Assembly (NCBI GenBank): GCA_038217285.1
Contig: JBBQPO010000165.1
Span: 1-13,635, forward strand
Source of the DNA: Chthonomonadales bacterium
GTDB taxonomy: Bacteria; Armatimonadota; Chthonomonadetes; Chthonomonadales; Chthonomonadaceae
Length of the DNA: 13,635 nt
Reading direction: 5' to 3'
Shown: positions 8,016 to 13,635 of the stretch, one piece after another
Layout of the letters: every line of letters starts with the position of its first letter
How positions within the stretch are numbered: the first letter of the stretch is position 1
Made by a program: the position numbers and the translations under genes
Notes under the pieces: model-generated
What the model was told of the DNA's origin: nothing
What the model saw: the letters and a program-made list of their open reading frames with translations, nothing else
Databases searched by the model: none

Positions 8016-8867
8016 TTATTCAAACGCGAGAGAGGTTTGCACAGCTTGGAGGCCCGACCGCCATGAGAGGCTGGGGTGATCACGTAACGCGACCCCTAGG
8101 GCAAGCGGCACCCGTGTCTGCGCGTCGATCTGTGCAAGTACACTGCGACGCGCGAGGGAGGGGGAGTTGTTCACTCGAGACAGGTGCGCCAACCAGACGG
8201 AGAGTGATCCGCCTTCCACGAGACGATGGGTCAGGAGATCGGCGCAGTCGGCGTTGGAGAGATGGCCCGTTGGAGAGGCTACTCGGGCTTTCATTTCCGG
8301 CGTGTACGGGCCACGGAGCAGCCAGGCCAGATCGTGATTGGCCTCAACAATGGCAAGGGTCGCCCCAGAAAGCGCGGCCCGTATGTCCGGAGTGACGCTG
8401 CCGACATCGGTGCAGTAGACAATCCGCTGTTGACCAATTTCTAGGATGTAGCCGACAGGCTCGGCTGCATCGTGCGAGACCGCGAAAGATCGCACACCGA
8501 TGCACCCAAATGCTCTCTCGTCGCCGGTCGCCAGCTCACAGGTGGCAAAGGATTGATCGGTGCGTTGGGCAGCGGCTTGAAGGGTTGCGGCGTTGGCGAC
8601 GACCGGAGCGGTGGTGCGACGTGACATGGCTCCAGCCGAAGCGGAATGATCGACGTGCTCATGCGTCAGGAGTATCGCATCCAGGCCGGCGGCCCCCACC
8701 CCGAAACGGCTGAGGTGTGACGCCAGCATGCGCTGCGAAAGTCCGGCGTCGAGGAGCAGGTTGGTGGTTCCGGCCTGCACCAGAAAAGCGTTGCCGCTGC
8801 TCCCGCTCGCAAGCGCATGGACTCGTACATCCGGGCTGGAGAGGTTAAGGTGAAACATGGCAATCAC
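8016..8867 (-). CDS. Metallo-beta-lactamase-fold hydrolase, WalJ/YycJ (VicX)-like
   Basis: LASGSSGN, LLDAG, THEHVDH, SHDAAEPVGY, TDVG, EANHD...GPY...K.RV....GHLSN and LAHLS..NNSP. Start may be ATG 8858. Confidence 0.88.
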   Translation of the reverse strand: MIAMFHLNLSSPDVRVHALASGSSGNAFLVQAGTTNLLLDAGLSQRMLASHLSRFGVGAAGLDAILLTHEHVDHSASAGAMSRRTTAPVVANAATLQAAAQRTDQSFATCELATGDERAFGCIGVRSFAVSHDAAEPVGYILEIGQQRIVYCTDVGSVTPDIRAALSGATLAIVEANHDLAWLLRGPYTPEMKARVASPTGHLSNADCADLLTHRLVEGGSLSVWLAHLSRVNNSPSLARRSVLAQIDAQTRVPLALGVALRDHPSLSWRSGLQAVQTSLAFE

Positions 8868-8891
8868 AAGAATCGAGACGGATGAACGTGG

Positions 8892-9785
8892 TCATTCGGG
8901 GGCGAACAGTCCTTCGATGTAGTCTTTCGGCGAGAAGAGCTCCAGATCGTCCGCTTTCTCACCCAGGCCGACGAGTTTGATCGGCAGCTTCAGTTCATCG
9001 GCGATGGTGATGACGATGCCGCCGCGCGCCGTACCGTCCAGCTTCGCGAGCGCGATGCCGGTCAGGGGAACCGCATTCATAAAGTTCCTGGCCTGGCTGA
9101 TGCCGTTCTGGCCCGTCGTGGCGTCGAGCACCAGCAGAGTCTCCTCCGCCGTGCGGCCCAGCTCCCGTTCCGTGACACGTCGGATCTTTTTCAGCTCTTC
9201 CATCAGGTTGCTGCGGTTGTGCAGACGGCCCGCAGTATCGGCGATGACGTAGTCCGCACCTCGGGCCCGCGCCGCCTTTATGGCGTCGTAGACAACCGCT
9301 GAAGGGTCGGAACCCTCTTTGTGTTTGATGATCTCGGTGTTGGTGCGACCGGCCCAGATCTCCAGTTGATCGATCGCTGCTGCGCGGAAGGTGTCTCCTG
9401 CGGCCAAAACGACCTTTTTGCCCTGTTTCTGAAACCGATGCGCCAGCTTGGCGATGGTCGTCGTCTTGCCGACACCGTTGACGCCGACGATCAAATAGAC
9501 GGTCGGCCCTGCGTCTGCCGTCCGTAAGGAGGTGTCCCCCGCGCTCTCCAGAACGTCCAATAAATAGCCCCGTAGTCGATCCATTACCTGACCGGAGTTG
9601 ACCATCCGTTCGTCCTGAACGGCGGTTCGAAGGGTGTCCAGGATTCGGGTCGTCGTGTTGACGTTGATGTCGGCCTGAATCAGCAGCTCTTCCAGATCCT
9701 CAAACAGAGCGGCATCCACCCGCCCCCGCCCCGTGACGATCTGATCCACCTTTTGAATGATCTTTTTGAAAAATCCAAATCGCAT
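8892..9785 (-). CDS. ftsY: Signal recognition particle receptor FtsY (NG domains only)
   Basis: LEELLIQAD, GVNGVGKTTTIAKLA, GDTFRAAAIDQL, DTAGRLHN..NLM.EL, LDATTGQNG, KLDGTARGG and GLGEKADDL. ATG 9785 follows AGAAGGA. Confidence 0.97.
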   Translation of the reverse strand: MRFGFFKKIIQKVDQIVTGRGRVDAALFEDLEELLIQADINVNTTTRILDTLRTAVQDERMVNSGQVMDRLRGYLLDVLESAGDTSLRTADAGPTVYLIVGVNGVGKTTTIAKLAHRFQKQGKKVVLAAGDTFRAAAIDQLEIWAGRTNTEIIKHKEGSDPSAVVYDAIKAARARGADYVIADTAGRLHNRSNLMEELKKIRRVTERELGRTAEETLLVLDATTGQNGISQARNFMNAVPLTGIALAKLDGTARGGIVITIADELKLPIKLVGLGEKADDLELFSPKDYIEGLFAPE

Positions 9786-9829
9786 GACGCGTGGTTTCCT
9801 TCTGCACACCGTTCTATCGTTCGAACACT

Positions 9830-9858
9830 ATTATGCGTGACCGGGTTTCGTCTGTCAA
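9830..9858 (-). promoter_or_regulatory. Near-consensus sigma70 promoter upstream of ftsY
   Basis: Minus strand TTGACA (9858-9853), 17 nt spacer, CATAAT (9835-9830). The -35 overlaps the TGA stop of the TauE-like gene. Confidence 0.7.
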
Positions 9859-10715
9859 ATGTCTGGGGCAGCGGGCGAGGGCGCGTCCGGCGTGAGCATC
9901 GTCAAGCGGTAGAGTTCGCGGGCGCAGAAGAACATCGCGATCACTCCGAAGGCCAGCATGACCGCTTTGGGATCGGCGTGCGCCAGGACGATTCCGCCGC
10001 CGATACCGCCCAGAATGCCGCCGGTAATCACGGCTCCACTGTAGTCCGCATCGACCAGCCCGCTCTGTCCGTAGCCCCAGGCCGGGAGGAGGGCGGACAG
10101 TAGGATCACCATCAGCGAGGTGCCGATAGCCTGAACCGCGCTAAAATGTCCGAGGAAGTAGAGACCCGCCACCATAAGGAGGCCTACCGGTAGAGCGCCA
10201 GCTTGGGTCAGCGCCCCGACGGCCAGTCCGATGCCAGCGACTGCCAACAGGCCGACCGGAGCAACCGCATGGACATGGTAGAGGCTCAGTCGAGCCGAGT
10301 CGCTTATCACCCAGAGCGTCACTCCCATGCCTGCCGTCAGGAAGAGGCGGCGGCTTCCGCTGAGCGCCGTACGCGCTGCAAGCGGCACAACGATCAGGGC
10401 TCCCACCATAGCGCCGACGAAAGCCGCCAGGCCATACGCCAGGAGCATGCCGTTGACGCCATGACCGATGCCAACACCGACCAGCGCGGCCAATAAGACA
10501 AAGCAGACGAATCGCAGCGCGGTTCCCTGCGCTTTCTCCGGGGAGAAACCCAGCATCCAGGTCAGGGAAGGCGCGAGCGCCATCTGCGGAGCCAGGCCCG
10601 TCAGGGCGCTGCCCAGCGCGGTCGCCATCCCGACGAAGAAGACAATGGACGTCTTGATGGCGGTCACGTTCAGTTTTTTGCGCCTGCGGACGGGTTGTGT
10701 GGGCTCGGTAGACAT
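9855..10715 (-). CDS. TauE/SafE (TSUP)-like membrane protein
   Basis: About 8 hydrophobic segments in two repeats: APSLTWMLGFSPEKAQGTAL and FSAVQAIGTSL...YGQSGLVD...GGILGGIGG. Starts 1 nt after the permease stop. Confidence 0.7.
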   Translation of the reverse strand: MSTEPTQPVRRRKKLNVTAIKTSIVFFVGMATALGSALTGLAPQMALAPSLTWMLGFSPEKAQGTALRFVCFVLLAALVGVGIGHGVNGMLLAYGLAAFVGAMVGALIVVPLAARTALSGSRRLFLTAGMGVTLWVISDSARLSLYHVHAVAPVGLLAVAGIGLAVGALTQAGALPVGLLMVAGLYFLGHFSAVQAIGTSLMVILLSALLPAWGYGQSGLVDADYSGAVITGGILGGIGGGIVLAHADPKAVMLAFGVIAMFFCARELYRLTMLTPDAPSPAAPDI

Positions 10716-10716
10716 G

Positions 10717-12039
10717 TCAGCCTTTTATTCCAGTCAGAGTGATCCCCTGAATGAAATACCGTTGGGTGAAGAAGAAAAGTGCCAGCACCGGAATCATTAC
10801 CATCGTAGAGGCCGCCATCAACAGGCCCGGTTCCCCGCCATGCGAGGTCTGGTAGAGCTGCAGCGCATAGGCGAGCGTCTCCTTTTCCGGCGAACTGATG
10901 TAGATAAGCGGATTGCGAAAGTCGTTCCAGGCGCCCATAAACGCCATGATCGTCAGCGCCGCCAGCGCGGGCTTGATCTGCGGCAGCATGATACGCCAGA
11001 AGATCCCGATGTAGGAGCAGCCGTCGATCTTTGCCGCGTCTTCAAGTTCAGTCGGAATCCCAAGGAAGAACTGGCGGAGCAGGAAGATATTGAATGCGGA
11101 GCCGAAGAAGGACGGCACCCAGAGTGGCTTCAGGGTGTCGATCCAGCCGAGCCAGCGAAAGATCAGGAAGACCGGCATCATGGTGACGGCCTGCGGCAGC
11201 ATCATGGTCCCGAGAAGCACGACGAAGAGCGCGTCCCGCCCCGGAAATCGCAGCCGCGCAAAGCCATAGGCGACCATGGAAGAGCCTAGAAGTGTGCCTA
11301 GGATGCTTAACACGGTCACCTGCAGGGTGTTTCCCAGGAAGATCAGGCCATTATTCGTCTCCGGGGGCAGAAACTTCAGCGCATCAGGATAGTTTTTCCA
11401 GACCGGCCCGATACGCCGGATCTCTTCCAGTTCCGTCTTCTTACAGATAAACTCCGTTCCTGACAACGTTGGGGGCGAGACAATGCGCACCTGCCGTTGA
11501 CCGCTATCGTATTCACGCATAACCGCGACGGTTACGGATGTGCCCTTATAGGGAATGTGCGCCAGACCGCGCTCGCTGCCATCGATCACGCGCTTCACCT
11601 GCTGTGTCGGTATCCAGACAGGCGGAAACTTGCTCATCTCCTTCTCTTCTTTAAGTGAGGTGACGACCAGCCATGCAAACGGAATGAGGAAGACCGCGGA
11701 ACCGCTCAAAAGGATCAGGTGGAGAGTCGTCTGCCGGATCGACTCCTTGCCGTACTTTACCGCCTGCCAGTCCATGCCGGGCCGAAAACGCAGCCTATAG
11801 GCTGCCCCGGCGAACCCGGCGGAGATCAGAGCCGCGAGAAGCAGGCCAAGACTGCCTCTCGCGCTCCCCAGCACGACCAGCGTGCCTGTCACGGCCAGAG
11901 CGGCGACACTCAGAAGGATCATGTCTGGACGTCGGATGCGCAAAGCCACGAGGAGCAAGACGACCCCTGCTCCGACGGCCAGATAACTGAGGAGTATTCC
12001 AAGCAGCCAGAAGATCGGTTCCAATACAGTGAGAGGCAT
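10717..12039 (-). CDS. Carbohydrate ABC transporter permease (MalG-like) with N-terminal extension
   Basis: PFAWLVVTSLK, AYGFARLRFPGRD, FLLRQFFLGIP.ELEDAAKIDGCS (EAA loop), AWNDF..PLIY and QRYFIQG. Confidence 0.93.
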   Translation of the reverse strand: MPLTVLEPIFWLLGILLSYLAVGAGVVLLLVALRIRRPDMILLSVAALAVTGTLVVLGSARGSLGLLLAALISAGFAGAAYRLRFRPGMDWQAVKYGKESIRQTTLHLILLSGSAVFLIPFAWLVVTSLKEEKEMSKFPPVWIPTQQVKRVIDGSERGLAHIPYKGTSVTVAVMREYDSGQRQVRIVSPPTLSGTEFICKKTELEEIRRIGPVWKNYPDALKFLPPETNNGLIFLGNTLQVTVLSILGTLLGSSMVAYGFARLRFPGRDALFVVLLGTMMLPQAVTMMPVFLIFRWLGWIDTLKPLWVPSFFGSAFNIFLLRQFFLGIPTELEDAAKIDGCSYIGIFWRIMLPQIKPALAALTIMAFMGAWNDFRNPLIYISSPEKETLAYALQLYQTSHGGEPGLLMAASTMVMIPVLALFFFTQRYFIQGITLTGIKG

Positions 12040-12058
12040 AAACCGCCTGTCCTTCTAT

Positions 12059-12078
12059 CGACCGGCATTTGCCGGTCG
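12059..12078. repeat. 8-bp inverted repeat just upstream of the permease RBS
   Basis: CGACCGGC-ATTT-GCCGGTCG, with no U-tract. Confidence 0.5.
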
Positions 12079-12108
12079 TACGACGTTCCTACACACCAAC
12101 TTCGATAA

Positions 12109-12633
12109 TTATCCGAGCCTGTCACGCCCCCACAGCGAGCGCAGCCAGTTCCTCACTCCAGAACGTGGAGGGACGATGGGGTTGGCGACGGCTTCTCCCC
12201 GCGACATGGTCCTGTCCTTGCCAGTTGCCGTCTGCAGCAGCGCCAATCGCGCCAGCTCATAAATCTGTCCCTGCAAGTTCTGGATTGTACGCGTCAGTTC
12301 CTGCTGATTTTCAAGGAGGCTGCGGATCTGTTCGTCACGACCGGCTAACTCCTGCCGCAACACTGACAATTTGCCATCTGTCATGTCACTTTGACACGCC
12401 AATCTTTCGAGATGAGGTGCAATTTGAGACAGAAGTGATTCCGCCAGTGCCTTATCACTGCCATCTGACATGACAGAGTCAGCAACATAGCTTTCGGTGG
12501 GAAGCTGATCGATCTTGCCGGATCGGAGCCTTCGATAGACGGTTCGCTCCGAAATCCCCAGGGTGTTCGCGGCCTGCCGAACGCGCTGCACCTTGGATAC
12601 CGGTTCGGTATTCACTTCGTGAAAAGTGCTCAT
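12109..12633 (-). CDS. MerR/excisionase-type HTH protein with coiled coil and amphipathic C-terminal helix
   Basis: VRQAANTLGISERTVYRRLRSGKI; heptad-like LRQELAGRDEQIRSLLENQQELTRTIQNLQ; C-terminal VRNWLRSLWG; AGGAGAG RBS at 12643-12649. Confidence 0.8.
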   Translation of the reverse strand: MSTFHEVNTEPVSKVQRVRQAANTLGISERTVYRRLRSGKIDQLPTESYVADSVMSDGSDKALAESLLSQIAPHLERLACQSDMTDGKLSVLRQELAGRDEQIRSLLENQQELTRTIQNLQGQIYELARLALLQTATGKDRTMSRGEAVANPIVPPRSGVRNWLRSLWGRDRLG

Positions 12634-12698
12634 ATCGACTGTCTCTCCTGAAAATCGGACATACGGGGGCGTGACGAAGAAGCCTCAAAAAGAGATGC

Positions 12699-12732
12699 CT
12701 AACTATTGAGAGTAGCCATTATCAATAGTTAG
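12699..12732. promoter_or_regulatory. Perfect 11-bp AT-rich inverted repeat, possible operator
   Basis: CTAACTATTGA (12699-12709), 12 nt spacer, TCAATAGTTAG (12722-12732), about 65 bp upstream of the HTH gene. Confidence 0.5.
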
Positions 12733-12738
12733 AGAGCC

Positions 12739-12771
12739 TGCGGCGGCGGAAAAACGTCTCCCGCCGCCGCA
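12739..12771 (-). terminator. GC-rich hairpin after the amidohydrolase stop (probable terminator or stabiliser)
   Basis: TGCGGCGGCGG (12739-12749) pairs with CCGCCGCCGCA (12761-12771) and extends imperfectly to 12731/12780. No clear U-tract. Confidence 0.6.
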
Positions 12772-12779
12772 AGGCCCTC

Positions 12780-13635
12780 TCAGGCCGGACTCCCGTTTAG
12801 GTACCGCACGGCCGTTCGCGCAAAAAGCTCCATTCCGTGCGCGATGGCGGCGTCTGCAAAGTTATACGTCGGGGTATGGAGCGGGGTGACGTCTTCCCCC
12901 ACCCCCAGCCGGAACATCGCCCCCGGCGCATATCGAAGGTAGACCGCAAAGTCCTCCGCTCCCATAGACGGTACTTCTAGCGAAATAACGTTTGAAGCGC
13001 CCAGGGACTCCGCCCCAATTTGAGAAACGAGATCGTTGATACCGACATCGTTTACGGTGACGGGCGTTCCATGGCGGTAGCGGAATGTGTATTCGGCACG
13101 GGAGGCCGAACAGATGCCCGCAATGATCCGCTCCAGACGCTCCGGCATCGAATCCTGCACTCTCGTGGTGAGGCAGCGCACCGTCCCACGCATCTCGGCC
13201 ACACCGGGAATAATGTTGTGCGCCGTCCCGGCATGGAACTGCGCAACGGTAACGACCACAGAATCGGTCGGAGAGATCTCACGGCTGACGACCGTCTGCA
13301 GCGCGAGAACGATCTGCGCCCCTACCACGATGGGATCGACACTGATGTGAGGCATGGCCGCATGCGCGCCGCGCCCACGGATCGTCACGTCGAACGTGTC
13401 GGAGGAGGCCATCATCGGACCGGACCGCACACCGATCTGGCCCACCGGCATGCCGGGCCAGCCGTGCAGGGCGACGATCGCGTCGACGCCGTCCATCGCT
13501 CCGGCCGCACACATACCTTCCGCGCCATGAACGGTCTCTTCAGACGGCTGAAAGAGGAACCGTACAGAACCTCCCCCTAATAGGTGACGCAGCTTCACCA
13601 GAGTCGCCGCAGCGCCCAGAAGCGTCGCCGTGTGT
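12780..13635 (-). CDS. M20 family amidohydrolase (M20D/aminoacylase-like), 5' part outside the window
   Basis: FLFQPSEE, ALHGWP, GRGAHAAMPH..VDPI, SMGAEDFA and LHTP. The frame stays open upstream of 13598 to the window edge, reading HTATLLGAA (tail of the GHDxHT motif). Confidence 0.92.
   Translation of the reverse strand, partial: HTATLLGAAATLVKLRHLLGGGSVRFLFQPSEETVHGAEGMCAAGAMDGVDAIVALHGWPGMPVGQIGVRSGPMMASSDTFDVTIRGRGAHAAMPHISVDPIVVGAQIVLALQTVVSREISPTDSVVVTVAQFHAGTAHNIIPGVAEMRGTVRCLTTRVQDSMPERLERIIAGICSASRAEYTFRYRHGTPVTVNDVGINDLVSQIGAESLGASNVISLEVPSMGAEDFAVYLRYAPGAMFRLGVGEDVTPLHTPTYNFADAAIAHGMELFARTAVRYLNGSPA

Noticed and set aside
8016-8867. MBL gene as part of the defence cluster (Avs1-like MBL, protease, STAND)
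   Set aside because: It has the full WalJ/YycJ motif set, lies 24 nt from ftsY and about 190 nt from the cluster, so it is better explained as housekeeping.
8892-9785. FtsY lacking the acidic A domain
   Set aside because: Short NG-only FtsY is common in many bacteria.
10468-11289. 273-aa + strand ORF
   Set aside because: Antisense to the permease and TauE-like genes, with no domain signal.
12699-12732. Inverted repeat as a dif or lox-type recombination site
   Set aside because: The 12-nt spacer does not fit the usual 6-8 nt, there is no dif consensus and no recombinase gene in the window.
1-13635. CRISPR array, tRNA, rRNA or att-like repeats flanking the cluster
   Set aside because: None seen by eye; short flanking direct repeats could have been missed without computation.

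Overview
GC-rich bacterial window with three parts. (1) 1-1330: the probable left end of an IS1-like element, whose short minus-strand start (MHPQPTFCPNLDCPSRG) is not in the ORF track, abuts and apparently truncates a clan GH-A (GH5-like) glycoside hydrolase gene. (2) 1559-7822, minus strand: a four-gene accessory cluster of an EAD-like + P-loop NTPase, a large STAND-like NTPase with a TPR-like C-terminus, an EAD-like + trypsin-fold serine protease, and a YLATT-like membrane protein with coiled coil and winged HTH. This is the best candidate for an uncharacterised NTPase/protease conflict or anti-phage system. (3) 8016-13635, minus strand: a housekeeping-type run of M20 amidohydrolase (cut by the window edge), HTH/coiled-coil protein, sugar ABC permease, TauE/SafE-like protein, ftsY and a WalJ/YycJ-like MBL hydrolase. 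All family names come from motif recognition by eye; no database search was run.
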